DNA from: Thermoplasmatota archaeon
Lineage (GTDB): Archaea; Thermoplasmatota; Penumbrarchaeia; Penumbrarchaeales; Penumbrarchaeaceae
Reading direction: 5' to 3'
Assembly: GCA_049472195.1 (NCBI GenBank)
Contig: JBLIRG010000001.1
Span: 20,522 to 84,521 of the forward strand
Length of the DNA stretch: 64,000 bases
Part shown: in pieces, positions 37,213-48,400 of the stretch
How positions within the stretch are numbered: position 1 is the stretch's first letter
Layout: each line of letters starts with the position of its first letter
Notes under the pieces: generated by a model
Seen by the model: only the letters and a program-made list of their open reading frames with translations
Told to the model about the DNA's origin: nothing
Database searches by the model: none
Position numbers and translations under genes: made by a program

Positions 37213-39420
37213 GTGACACTGGCGGATCCCCCGACCAGGGGGAGCAGTGCCAACTGCTCGTCATGCCACGGATCGAACTACTACCTTACCGTGGACATCA
37301 TATCCGTTGACTGCCCGGCAGCACTTTCGAAGGGAGAGACCGGCGACGTCACCGTCTCCGTGGAGGTGACCGCGGACGGGACGAACTCATACTGGCAGTT
37401 TGACCTGACGGTAAGGATCAGATCGCTTAGCTCGAAGGTGACCGTACCGTCCCAGCAGACATTCAGCAATCAGCGGCCTTCGGGCAGTTCGGAACCGTAT
37501 ACATGGAATAAGGACGTCGTATTCACCATAAGCGGGAAATCGGGAGGATCCGACACCGTAAGGGCCGAGGCATCGATGGACGCGGATCATCAATCTCCTC
37601 CCGTATCACACACCATGGATGCGGCCGTTTCCGTTCAGAACAACGCTCCAGCCCTTGATTCGGGATCCGTTTCCCCGGCATCCGGTACCGAATCGACCCC
37701 CTTCTCCTACGAGGTCTCGTATTCCGATCCCGATGATGACGTTCCGTCCTACGTCAGGGCCTACATCGACGGGTCCAGCTACGAGATGACGCCTAGGGAC
37801 GGAACCCCCGATACACTGTTGACAGGCGAGGTCTATTCGGTCGAAGGTATCGTGCTCGATCCTGGATCCCATGAATATTACTTCGAAGCCTCCGACGGGG
37901 AGGAGACGGCCCAACTCGGAGCAACATCGCCTTTTTCGGGCCCTGATGTTTCAGACTCGAACGATCCCCCGATCCTCTCAAACCCGGGTGTCGATCCAGC
38001 AGGAGGCAGCCCGGACACCGTTTTCTCATTCAGAATAACGTACACAGATTCAAACGGCGACCCCCCCGTGAACGGGGTGATGCTTCATATCGACGGGGAT
38101 GAGACCGGCATTGCAATGGACCGCGATCCGGAGGCTCCTTCCGACAGGAGAGACGGAGATTACACTAACGGAGAGGATTACATCCACGGCGGGACCCTTC
38201 CGGAAGGGGATCATCAGTTCAGCTTCTCCGGGGGTGACGGCGAATTCGAGGCCTTTTCGGGGCCTCATTTCGGACCGTCCGTATCGGTCGAACCGATCCT
38301 CATCGCCAGGATCATTTCGCCCGAGGATGGAGGCAAATACATTTCAAGCGAAGAGATCCCATTTTCAGGTGATTTCAGCTCGAACGAGGATCTGGCAGAT
38401 TCCAGATTCCTGTGGTATTCTAACATATCGGGGGTGATCGGGGAACAGTCCGATTTCTCGTTGATCCTCCCGAACGGGGTGCACGACATATCATTGACGG
38501 TGTATTCGATCGACTTCGACCTCTCGGATGAGGTCCATGTCACCATAACGGTCGCGGATCCCGAACCCGTCGTTCCTCCTTTCGAGGCAACGGGATACCT
38601 GCCATCGGGCGATCACGTCATCCATGAGACGGAGGTTGTCACGTTCTCCGTGTCTCTCCGCGTGAACCGGGGCGATCCCCGGATTTCATGGTTCTTCGAC
38701 GGAGAATCCGTCGGGATCGACACTGACGAGTGGACCTACGAGAGCTTCTACGACAGTTCCGGGGACCACCGGATCGAACTGGTCATCACTGATGAGGCCG
38801 AGGACCATGAGGTGATCAGGATATGGAATCTCACCGTGATCGATGTCCCGGCTCCCATAACGATCGGCGGGGCGGTCCCTCAGGACCTCGGGGATTTCGA
38901 CTACGGAGAACCGATCGAGATCGAGATCGATCTCTCGGATCCGCTCGGCAGGGATATTGTCATCGTATGGAAGATCGACGGCCGAGTCATCCCCCAGACC
39001 GGAAGGGAGCTCAGCATAACCGCGGGATCTTCCGCTGAGACGATGGCCGGCAACCATCTGATAACCGTAATGGCGGAAAATCCCGACGGGGAAACCGTGG
39101 ATCTCTCGATATCCTTCAGGGTCCTGGCCCCGATGACGGAAGACGGATCGGGTGACGACGACGGAGATGACGGTGGACGGGATCCACCGAGGGAGGAGGG
39201 AGAAGAAGGGAGAAAACTAGACCTCGGCCTGGGGCCTCTGAAGAAGGAATGGCCCGGGTACCTGATAATGATCATCGGGACCGCCGCCGTTCTGGCAGGG
39301 GCCGTGTACAGCGCCGCAGTTCTCATGCCGAAAAGGAATGTCCGGCAGATCGAGCGCGTCGGGACTTCAACCGATTACCAGGAGACGACAGCAGTGGTAC
39401 TGGAGGAATACGAGAGATGA
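37213..39420 (+). CDS. Surface protein with repeated Ig-like/PKD-like domains and a C-terminal TM anchor
   Basis: Repeated segments of the form ...sPasGtEStpFsYeVsYsDPDDDvP... Ends with EWPGYLIMIIGTAAVLAGAVYSAAVLM plus a short tail. An in-frame signal-peptide-like stretch (KRKTAAASALILSLVTLISILGVTLA) lies upstream of the GTG at 37213 with no ATG, GTG or TTG codon before it, so the true start is probably around 37138-37141. Confidence 0.7.
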   Translation: MTLADPPTRGSSANCSSCHGSNYYLTVDIISVDCPAALSKGETGDVTVSVEVTADGTNSYWQFDLTVRIRSLSSKVTVPSQQTFSNQRPSGSSEPYTWNKDVVFTISGKSGGSDTVRAEASMDADHQSPPVSHTMDAAVSVQNNAPALDSGSVSPASGTESTPFSYEVSYSDPDDDVPSYVRAYIDGSSYEMTPRDGTPDTLLTGEVYSVEGIVLDPGSHEYYFEASDGEETAQLGATSPFSGPDVSDSNDPPILSNPGVDPAGGSPDTVFSFRITYTDSNGDPPVNGVMLHIDGDETGIAMDRDPEAPSDRRDGDYTNGEDYIHGGTLPEGDHQFSFSGGDGEFEAFSGPHFGPSVSVEPILIARIISPEDGGKYISSEEIPFSGDFSSNEDLADSRFLWYSNISGVIGEQSDFSLILPNGVHDISLTVYSIDFDLSDEVHVTITVADPEPVVPPFEATGYLPSGDHVIHETEVVTFSVSLRVNRGDPRISWFFDGESVGIDTDEWTYESFYDSSGDHRIELVITDEAEDHEVIRIWNLTVIDVPAPITIGGAVPQDLGDFDYGEPIEIEIDLSDPLGRDIVIVWKIDGRVIPQTGRELSITAGSSAETMAGNHLITVMAENPDGETVDLSISFRVLAPMTEDGSGDDDGDDGGRDPPREEGEEGRKLDLGLGPLKKEWPGYLIMIIGTAAVLAGAVYSAAVLMPKRNVRQIERVGTSTDYQETTAVVLEEYER

Positions 39421-40652
39421 GATCAGGTATTTTGCCGATGCTGTTCCTGCTATCCCCTCTGCTCCTTGTCATTGCAACGGGATCGGGATCGGCGGAGGAC
39501 TGCGAGGAATGCCATTCATCCTCTTCCTCCTATCCTTCAGGGGGATACGTCTATGTTCCGCCTCCCATTTACGTCGTGTACGATTCATCATACGCGCCGG
39601 GATCGAATTTTCAATTGAGACTTTTCGTGTCTCCCCAGAGCGACTATGATATCCGGGACGTCAAGGGAAGGCTCTCCCTGGAGAGCGGAAACGTGATAGC
39701 TGCTGGAGGAGAACCCCGCTCGTCGGTGGACGGAGGCGGGAGGACCGTCCTGACCTGGGAAATGGAGGCATTGTATGAGGGTTCAGCACCATTCACCATC
39801 ACATGTGATTACACGGTCCACTACCGGCATACCACTGGAAATTCATTCGACAATGCAGAATACAGGAAGATCCTGACCGGAAACCTGATAATTGCTGATG
39901 TTGCCGTCCAGGCATCACCCGGAACCGTTGGATTGTCAGAGACAGGGGAGTCGGCCATCGTCAATATCACGGCCCGGGCAAATATTACGGAGCTCGACGC
40001 GGACCCCGACGGATCCATTGCCGATCTTATCGATATCACCGCGCTCCCGTCGTACCTCTCGGAAGGGGATACCGTATCGATGACGGTTACGCTGCGGACC
40101 AAGGAATCCGCCGAGGGCAATATAACACTCAGCTGGAGGGAGGGACCGGAGGGCAAGAGCCTGAAGATCCGGGTGTCCATAATTCCGATCAAGGATCAGG
40201 ACAGGGGAATCGACTGGTATCATGAGTTCGGCAAGTACACGGGGATCCTTTCCCTTGTTCTCCTCCTGACGGGGTATTTCACAGGCGGTACGGGCCCTCT
40301 GAAAGGATATTCCAACAGGTTATTCAAGACGGCAGTGAAGAGGATCAAGTTCCACTGCGCCCTGTCCTACGAGATACTCGCATTGAGCGTGTTCCACCTC
40401 GCAGTGCTCGTCTGGGGCCCTTTCAGGCAGCAGGTATGGATATGGGAGAACTCGCTCGGATTCATCGCGCTGGGCCTAATGATCATCATATCGCTGAACG
40501 GCATATTCCAGAAGAAAATGGTCAAAAGCATCGGCTATCAGAACTGGAAAAGGATACATGCATGGGGAACATATACTGCGACGGTGCTCGTGATCATACA
40601 TGCAGTCAGTATCGGAACGCATTTCGCTTGGCTGAGGGCGATATTCGCATGA
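39417..40652 (+). CDS. Membrane protein with signal peptide, a CXXCH motif and a C-terminal His-containing 4-TM domain (cytochrome b-like, DUF4405/ferric-reductase-like)
   Basis: Start set at ATG 39417, overlapping the upstream stop as ATGA. MRSGILPMLFLLSPLLLVIATGSGSAEDCEECH contains CEECH directly after the predicted signal peptide. The C-terminal 4-5 TM helices carry paired His residues (FHCALSYEILALSVFHLAV; RIHAWGTYTATVLVIIHAV). Confidence 0.55.
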   Translation: MRSGILPMLFLLSPLLLVIATGSGSAEDCEECHSSSSSYPSGGYVYVPPPIYVVYDSSYAPGSNFQLRLFVSPQSDYDIRDVKGRLSLESGNVIAAGGEPRSSVDGGGRTVLTWEMEALYEGSAPFTITCDYTVHYRHTTGNSFDNAEYRKILTGNLIIADVAVQASPGTVGLSETGESAIVNITARANITELDADPDGSIADLIDITALPSYLSEGDTVSMTVTLRTKESAEGNITLSWREGPEGKSLKIRVSIIPIKDQDRGIDWYHEFGKYTGILSLVLLLTGYFTGGTGPLKGYSNRLFKTAVKRIKFHCALSYEILALSVFHLAVLVWGPFRQQVWIWENSLGFIALGLMIIISLNGIFQKKMVKSIGYQNWKRIHAWGTYTATVLVIIHAVSIGTHFAWLRAIFA

Positions 40653-40664
40653 GGTGAAAAAGAT

Positions 40665-41093
40665 ATGGCCCACGACGTGAACGGAATCATGGTTCTCATC
40701 CACCCCCCTCTTTCGATCCTGGGATACATAATCACAATGATATCCTTGAAAGCGGCCGTGCAGATCGTGTTCGGCAAAAAGGGCGGTCCGGGAAGGTTGA
40801 AGAAAAGAGAAGGAGACCTGAGGCTTTCCCTGTATATCGCCTGGGGTTTCACATTCCTCGGCCTGGTCACCGGCATGATATGGGCACAGCTCGCCTGGGG
40901 ATCTTTCTGGAGCTGGGATCCGAAGGAGACGGCGACCCTGGCGGTATTCCTCACCCTGACAGCCGCCCTGATATTGCAATGTCTCAGGGCAGACATCAGG
41001 TGGGTGCTTCTCGCTCTCATCGTGAACGTGCTTTCCATCGCGGTTACCGTCTCCATGTCCTTCGTGAAATTCAGCGTTCACTCTTACGTGTGA
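40665..41093 (+). CDS. Minimal CcsA/CcmC-like heme-handling protein (WWD domain)
   Basis: [18 protein letters not shown] matches the W-rich WGxxWxWDPKE signature of cytochrome c assembly proteins. 142 aa with four predicted TM helices. His residues flank the WWD region: H13 near the N-terminus (LIHPP) and H139 near the C-terminus (SVHSYV). Confidence 0.6.
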   Translation: MAHDVNGIMVLIHPPLSILGYIITMISLKAAVQIVFGKKGGPGRLKKREGDLRLSLYIAWGFTFLGLVTGMIWAQLAWGSFWSWDPKETATLAVFLTLTAALILQCLRADIRWVLLALIVNVLSIAVTVSMSFVKFSVHSYV

Positions 41094-41112
41094 AAAATGC
41101 GGATGTTTCCCA

Positions 41113-44100
41113 TCAGAGGACATCTTTTCTTTTCGCCAGTATGTATGCTCCCACCAATACGGAGGCCAGGATCAGGATCAGGGGCAGAATTATCAGGAAA
41201 TACCTGACAGCTCCCTCGTTCATCCATGCGCTTTCTTCCTTGACCCTGATCCTGACCTCCTCCCCTTGCCTCTCATCCGTGACGACCACGTCCGGAATCT
41301 CACCTCTCTCCAGGACCCCGTTATCCGGATCCACCACTACTTTTATCGTATGTGTTCCCGCCTGGGCGATCCACGTGAACACCGCCCTGTACGCATCCTT
41401 TTCTATCCTCACCATCGGTATGGTTATGTTCTTCATCCGAACATTGTCCACATACATCTGGACCTCGACCCCGTGGGCATCGGCATCCCCGCAGTTCTCT
41501 ATCATCGCGATGATCGTTACAAGATCGCCTTCCCGGGCATCGTATTTTCCGGCATCTGAGGCCGCTGACGCGTCCAATCCGCCGATGATCCTCAGAAGGG
41601 GATATTTGAATTCAAGGTGCACCCTCATCACGGCCGGATTCGCCAGCATCGCATTGCCAGCGATGAGGGTCACGGGTATTCCTTCCGAAGAAGTGAGAGC
41701 CATGGACCTCGGAAGATGGAACTTCAGGTGAACCCATGCTGTCTGTCCCGGATCCAGGACGAGTATGAACCTGCCCTGGACATTGCTCGTGCTGGACAGG
41801 TTTACATCTGACAGGGAATAGTACATGGAACCCTTCACACCAGAGAGATTCAGTTCGGATACTCCCTCAATCTCGGTGAACCTTCCCGCATATCCGGAAA
41901 CGGTCGAAACTCCCATTATCGTGGGATTCCAGTCCCCGGACATCGGTACCGATGCTCCGTTGTCCTGTGTGATTATCGCCCTGATCTCCGCAATATCCAG
42001 GCCGTTCCCGAGGTTGCTGACCTTGTACGTGATCCGGCAGTCGGTACCAGGGGTGGCCTCCATGATATACTGCAGTTCATCTTTCTCGGAGGATATGGAC
42101 AGCATGTGGATCTGGAGCACCCTGAGCTCGAAGACGAGGTATCGGTCCTCATGTTCATTGGATATCCGTATTATGGTCCTATAATGACCGGGCTTGGTTC
42201 CTTCGGGTACGGAGAGGTTTAGATAGATCCTTTGATACTCCCCCGATCTCATCGTCATTCCGGATATCGTCCTTCCCGAAGGATCCCGGAATCCGATCCC
42301 GGTTCCGATCTCACACTCCTCGACAGCAAACTCCAGCGTGTCCTCTCCGTTGCCGTGATTGACGATCTCCATTCCGAACCCGGCGTCCTCCCCGGGATAG
42401 ACCTTGTCCGTTATCTCATCGGTCTTCCTGATCTCGAAAACGCAAACCTGCTTGATGACAACCGTAAGCATCGCTTCCGATTGATGATGAGGGCTTCCCT
42501 CGATCGTTCCGATAATTCTGATATTGAACCGGCTTCCTGCGGGTATCAGGTCTCCTGGCGGCCGGATCCTGATATTGACTGACTTGGTCTGGCGGTAGTA
42601 GAGGGGGATCGATCCCTCGGGGAACCTCACATCCCATCCCGGACCTGTGCCGCCAACATTCAGATACATATCTGTTCTGGAGTTCCCCAGATTGGACAGG
42701 AAGAGAGTACTATCCAGCACTCCCCCCGGGGAAAGGTAAACAACCGGTTCCTGAAGCCACATATGAAGGTCTGTAAACTGCCCCACGACAATATACATCT
42801 CGTCGGACCGGATCACCTCCCCACCGTCTGATCCCAGAGATCTCCAGGATGATCCCGATAGGATTATCGGAAGCTGGGAATCCTTGATCGCATCGGGCGG
42901 GCAGACTACCTGAACCGTGAGCCGGATGGAGGTAACCGCTCCGAAATCCTCGAATATCCTCGCGGGGAGTGATATGTTGATCTCCGTGGTACCGGATTCC
43001 TGAAAATACCAGTCCCAGCTGCCGTTCCCCGGAGGGGGATTCAGCGATAACCCGTAAGTATCGTTCAAGGTCCCCGTATTTTTCAACAGGATCGGGTAAT
43101 CAGCCGTGGATCCCGGCCTCATCTTATCCCACTTGTGGTCCATAAGAGGATCCAAAGGATCGGTGGACGGGCTGATCAAATAATCGAGATCGAAATCAAG
43201 AACGTGTTTGACAGATGTGGTGATCTGCAGCTCGTCCATTGCCCATTTTTCGATGGAATAGTTGGCCTTGATCTTGAAGATCTCCGTATCTATCAGATCA
43301 CCCTCGTAAGGAGCCTTTACCACCGCGGTGAAATCGATCGTCTCACGGGTGTTGAGAAGTATGGATCCGGTCTTGGAATTCCACCTCGAGTCATCGACCT
43401 CGAGCCAGGCGGTCCAGTTTGGTTTGTTGAAAAACGGCTGGATCCCCAGGAAGATCCTGTACCTGTCATTATCGTCCATTCCCGTTATATGCGTGGTCAG
43501 GGAGAGATCGTAGATCACGGTATCCCCGGGTTCGGCCAACTTTGTCTTCTCCTCGATCTTCCCCGGACCGAAGACCCTGGGATGCACGTCTATTCCGAAG
43601 TTGACCACGTTCGAGTAGTAGCCGGTCCTGTTGTGGTTCCCGTGGAACTCCGGCCATTCCATGAGCCCCCTGAACGTGTAACCCCCGCATGAGATGCTGT
43701 GAAGGACGCCGGAGCTGTCACCTATGACGCACTCGAGCATCCGATCGTTATCGATATCCCCGACGACGGGAGAGGACATCCCGGCTGCGTCCGGCATCTC
43801 GTATTTCCACAAAATGTCGCGGTTGAACCCGTCGCCCGGATGCTTCTGGCCTTCATCGATGCCGTCCGAGGGGTCCCCGTCGAAACAGTACACGTATCCG
43901 GAATCCGATGATACGATGATCTCCAGCTCGTCGTCGCCGTCGATATTGCATATCGCCGGAGAGGATTGGATCCTTCCCCCCGTGTCGTACTTCCACAGGA
44001 GGGAGTGGGTCTCGGTGTTCAGAACGTATAGATAGCCGTCATCGCATCCGAAAATGACCTCGTAGTCAAGGTGTTCCTCGGCCGGATCGAACCTGGAAAG

Positions 44101-45318
44101 CTGTAAATCCGCAATTACCGGGGATGAGAATACCGCTGCTCCGCCTTCCCCCGTGTAGAAATCCCACAGCTTTTTTGAATCCGGTGTATATGCATACAGC
44201 CTTCCGCCCCAACCCGTCCATGTTCTGGTGTATCCCTCTGCCGATCCCACGAATATCTCGCATGCCGGATCGTCGTCCACATTGGCTACCGCATGCGTGG
44301 CATCGGTCTGATGACCTGCAAGCCATCCATCCGTTTTCTCGGTGACTATCGGCTTCCCCTCGCCCGTGGTTCCGCTCTTCCCGAATATCCTCAGACCCCG
44401 ATCATGGGTTCCCAGAGTGAACTCGGCATCCCGTTCCTTGTCGATTCCAGGCTCGATCTGATCGGGACCGTCCCAGAAATCGCCGTCAAGGTCCTGGGCC
44501 ACGATCCCGCATCCTATTAGTGTCCCCTCTCCACCTCCCGGCACTTCCGTCTTGAAGAGCTGCTCACCGCCGGGGGAAAATCCCTCGAGCCATCCCCTCC
44601 GGTTGTAGTCGTCCGAACCTATTATTATCTCCATTTCCGAAGGATCCGAGAAATCCCCCTCCATGTCGGTTATGGCCGGGGTCGACTGGTAGTAGGCCGA
44701 TTCCTCTCCCTTGAGCCATTTCCGCTCTCCGTATCTGTCGAGACAGAGGATCCCCTGGGATGTTCCGATGAAGATCAGTGGACCCTCCTTCTTGTCGAAT
44801 GTGTAGGCGGCCGGGTTCGAGAAGAAATGAGGGGGATCGAAATCGAGACCGGACACCTGGGGATGCTGTCCCATGTAATCGATCCGGGCCTCGGTATAGG
44901 GGTCCGGCCAGAAATCGTTTCCGTTGCAGTCCACGGCATGGATCACGTCGGCAGTGGATGCGATCACCACTTCCGTTCCGCCGGCCCCGTCGAGGTCCAC
45001 AAGGGCCGGTGTTGACAGATATCCCCGTTCGTCGTGATCGGCGATCTTTACAGACCATTCCAGGAGACCGCCCTCGGATCTCGTATCATCGTGTCCGATC
45101 AGGGGATCGCCTTTGTGGTCGAAGTTGACATTCAGTGAGGGATTTTCGGAGAAGATCCCCCTTTTATCGTTTAACCAGGTGTCGAAGGTCAATTCCGGTA
45201 ATCCATGATCCCCGGTCATGCCGGTGAATACCGGCATCAAAACCGCTCCGGACAGCAACACGAATGCAAATCCGACGGTCAGGACTGATTCCCGATCGCG
45301 GAATTTTACCCCTGACAT
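41113..45318 (-). CDS. Giant membrane-anchored surface protein with FG-GAP/PQQ-like beta-propeller repeats
   Basis: 1401 aa with an N-terminal signal/TM segment LTVGFAFVLLSGAVLMPVFTG. Repeats such as LVDLDGAGGTEVVIAS and DGYLYVLNTETHSLLWKYDTGGRIQSSPAICNIDGDDELEIIVSSDSGYVYCFDG. C-terminal TM helix YFLIILPLILILASVLVGAYILAKRKD. Confidence 0.8.
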   Translation of the reverse strand: MSGVKFRDRESVLTVGFAFVLLSGAVLMPVFTGMTGDHGLPELTFDTWLNDKRGIFSENPSLNVNFDHKGDPLIGHDDTRSEGGLLEWSVKIADHDERGYLSTPALVDLDGAGGTEVVIASTADVIHAVDCNGNDFWPDPYTEARIDYMGQHPQVSGLDFDPPHFFSNPAAYTFDKKEGPLIFIGTSQGILCLDRYGERKWLKGEESAYYQSTPAITDMEGDFSDPSEMEIIIGSDDYNRRGWLEGFSPGGEQLFKTEVPGGGEGTLIGCGIVAQDLDGDFWDGPDQIEPGIDKERDAEFTLGTHDRGLRIFGKSGTTGEGKPIVTEKTDGWLAGHQTDATHAVANVDDDPACEIFVGSAEGYTRTWTGWGGRLYAYTPDSKKLWDFYTGEGGAAVFSSPVIADLQLSRFDPAEEHLDYEVIFGCDDGYLYVLNTETHSLLWKYDTGGRIQSSPAICNIDGDDELEIIVSSDSGYVYCFDGDPSDGIDEGQKHPGDGFNRDILWKYEMPDAAGMSSPVVGDIDNDRMLECVIGDSSGVLHSISCGGYTFRGLMEWPEFHGNHNRTGYYSNVVNFGIDVHPRVFGPGKIEEKTKLAEPGDTVIYDLSLTTHITGMDDNDRYRIFLGIQPFFNKPNWTAWLEVDDSRWNSKTGSILLNTRETIDFTAVVKAPYEGDLIDTEIFKIKANYSIEKWAMDELQITTSVKHVLDFDLDYLISPSTDPLDPLMDHKWDKMRPGSTADYPILLKNTGTLNDTYGLSLNPPPGNGSWDWYFQESGTTEINISLPARIFEDFGAVTSIRLTVQVVCPPDAIKDSQLPIILSGSSWRSLGSDGGEVIRSDEMYIVVGQFTDLHMWLQEPVVYLSPGGVLDSTLFLSNLGNSRTDMYLNVGGTGPGWDVRFPEGSIPLYYRQTKSVNIRIRPPGDLIPAGSRFNIRIIGTIEGSPHHQSEAMLTVVIKQVCVFEIRKTDEITDKVYPGEDAGFGMEIVNHGNGEDTLEFAVEECEIGTGIGFRDPSGRTISGMTMRSGEYQRIYLNLSVPEGTKPGHYRTIIRISNEHEDRYLVFELRVLQIHMLSISSEKDELQYIMEATPGTDCRITYKVSNLGNGLDIAEIRAIITQDNGASVPMSGDWNPTIMGVSTVSGYAGRFTEIEGVSELNLSGVKGSMYYSLSDVNLSSTSNVQGRFILVLDPGQTAWVHLKFHLPRSMALTSSEGIPVTLIAGNAMLANPAVMRVHLEFKYPLLRIIGGLDASAASDAGKYDAREGDLVTIIAMIENCGDADAHGVEVQMYVDNVRMKNITIPMVRIEKDAYRAVFTWIAQAGTHTIKVVVDPDNGVLERGEIPDVVVTDERQGEEVRIRVKEESAWMNEGAVRYFLIILPLILILASVLVGAYILAKRKDVL

Positions 45319-45466
45319 TCCGCTTCCCCTCCATAACCTTGAAGCTATGAATGGAGAAAAACCGGAAACGATGATATTTACAAATTACGATACACATTCG
45401 TTCCGAAAGTGTACGAACCTTGTATGAAAAACGGATGCAAACGAACACATACAGTGTGATGGTGAA

Positions 45467-48400
45467 CTATTCCTCTGAAAGAGGTTTTCCCCCTCCGAAT
45501 CTCCTTGTCAGAAAGATCAGAACGACAATGAGTATCAGTATTGGGACGACGAAGAGAATCACCGCCAATTGCGTTCCGCTCCCGGATCCATCGGTCTCCT
45601 GAACTCCGAATCCTGTCGAAAACACGTTGTTGTTGAAGGCTCCACCATTTGAGAACTGGTCCCGATCTTCTATGATTTTATTATCGGGATCTATCTCTAT
45701 TCGGATGACATGGTCTCCGGCATCAAGGGTAAATTCGAACTCGAAGGGCGCCAATGATCCCGTATCCAGGTATTGAATTAAGAATTCATCAATGAATTCT
45801 TCATCTATGTATAGAACGACTCTGATTTTTTCAGCCTCGTAATCTCCCGTATTGCTGACTGATCCTTTCAGTATTACCGTGTCCCCATCCTCGCTGGTCG
45901 ATATCAACGATCCATCCCTCGATAACAGGGATGGCTCCCATCCGAACTTTAGATCTGGCAGAAGAATCGGGAGAATGCATTCCACCCTGTCTCCTCCCCC
46001 TCCTTCGATCGGAATACCATTGATACCGAATTGGATGCTTCTCGACCGATCCCCCATGCTGAAATGAAGGAAATCAACCCGGAACCCGATATACAGGCAT
46101 CCTCCGGATTCGAGAATCACTTCAATGCGATCGATGCCGCTATCGCTTGTGAATCCGAATTTATCAGCAGGCTCCATTATTGTTGTGTTCACAATCTCGT
46201 TACCGGGGACCATCCCATTCACAGCAGTAGCAGTCTTTTCCTTAGATATCCATGTGAATGTCGATTCCCACTGATGCCATTTGGATATGTTTAACGGGTC
46301 GTCACGGACCTCATCATCATTGAAATGAGCACGGATAGTTGATAGGCCGTTTCCCGTATTGGTCACCTTGAGTATCAGATCAGACGATCCTCCTGGTCTG
46401 ATCGATTCCGATATGATCGCATCACCCTGAAGGGATGTGATCTCTAGGGAATGGATGGTTCTCACATTTATCATCTGATCCAAACTGATGTTCCCGCCGG
46501 ATGATATTATAATTATCGGGGAAGAATAGATTCCTGCCCGGGCGGAATTCTTAATGTAAATCCTAGTCCGGATTGAGAGATCATCTCCAGGACTCAGAGC
46601 AACAGGTTCAAAGGGAATCCATTCAACCATAGTGAAAGACATTGTGAAGAGATCGTTATCATCCACATGAAGGTCGATTTCCTCCAATCCGTTGCCCTTA
46701 TTCTCAATTGTTATCCCTGAGAACAGAATATCACCGGGATCTCCGCTCACGATATCATCTGTCAATTCAGCCCGGATCGAATGTACCTGCTCCACCACCA
46801 CCTGAAGACTGAGTTTATTACGACCGCCTTTATCAGGATATAGATATGCAGTCAGATCTATATCGATGATTACTCCGGCTTTTTCATCCCATGGAACGGT
46901 CATATTCAGATACACGATCTTCGTCTCCATCAATATCAAGCTGACAGGGTTTTCGGAGAGAAATCCATTCCAATCAGATGTCAGGTTGGTGAATCCAAGA
47001 TATGCGGTGTTCAAGTATGTATTCCCGGTGCTTGTGAGACTGATGGCAAATTGCACCACCTCTCCGGGTTTGGTAGTAACAATGGGTTCATCCACGTTCA
47101 TTTCAAGATATCTGGACTCGTTGACCCTTATGTATAGAATATCAGAAAAAAACTCATAGGGAAAACCGGATGATTCCATGAACAGTGAATTTGAGACCGC
47201 TTCAATCGATCCTATCATTTCCCCCATCGCATCCTCGTGACACTCAATATGTATCGAAAGAACCGCCTCGACGACGTGATCCTCATTATCGAACATCGGC
47301 GTGCTGAGATTGATGGTGATCTCCCTTGTCCCCGAGTCGTTGAAATACCAATCCCAGTAATCCGGGGGTTCGTTGAGTTGTATATCGAATGTATCGTTCA
47401 CATCACCGGTATTCTCAACGATAAGGTCAGCGGTGATCGATCCACCGTTCGTTATACACATAGTCTTTGAACCGTTGAGCAGATCATCAGGATCCTCCAG
47501 AACAGGAGCATCGAATTCCATTTTTAATCCGGTCATAACATCCATTACAACAGAAAGAACCATTCTGTCCCAATACAATGGATGTCCGTCTAATGTGGCG
47601 GTTACATTAAACTTGAAGATCTGTCCCCGAATCCTGAATTCTTTCAGAGGGGAGTAAACATGAAGTATGAGATTGGCAACATCGCCACATCTCAACCAAG
47701 AATATGGAGGATCCTCATCGCCTTTATAGGAGGGTGTATCAAGCCTGCAGTACCAACCCTCATCCGAATATTCATTATCAACCTCGAGATCGATCCTCAT
47801 TAATTCGTCCTTTTCCAGCAGCTTGCATTTATTTTCAAGCGTGATATTGAATAAAGTGCTTTCACCGGATTTAATTTCCTTTATCGTGGAATCCCTAACA
47901 GCCTTCCTGACAGTGGGATAGAGATCAATCCGATATCTGTCGATGAAACCGCTGTAACCGGTCCTGTTTTCGTTTCCATGGAAGGAGGTCCACTCACTCT
48001 GAAATGTTCCCGTTCCCCCGCCACCAGCTATACAGAGAAGATTCCCTTCCGAATCCCCGATCAGGACCTCGGGAACCCGATCCAGGTCGATATCGGATAT
48101 GACAGGTGATGAGAAACCAACCGATATTCCTTGATCGTAACCCCAGATCACGTCCTGCATTGGTCCATCTCCTGTAAACGGCATCCCGTGATCGATCCCT
48201 TCGGAGGGATCCAGCTCAAGGCAGTAGATCCTTCCTCTATCCGTTCCAACAACCACAGCGTAATCTTCCTCTCCGGTCCAATCGAAAACAGCAGGAGACG
48301 ACCTGATCCTATCCCAGGCGTTGTACTTCCATCTGACATCCCTTGATGAGGAATTAAGGCAATAAATGAAACCATCGTCCGATCCGAAGATAATGTCATA

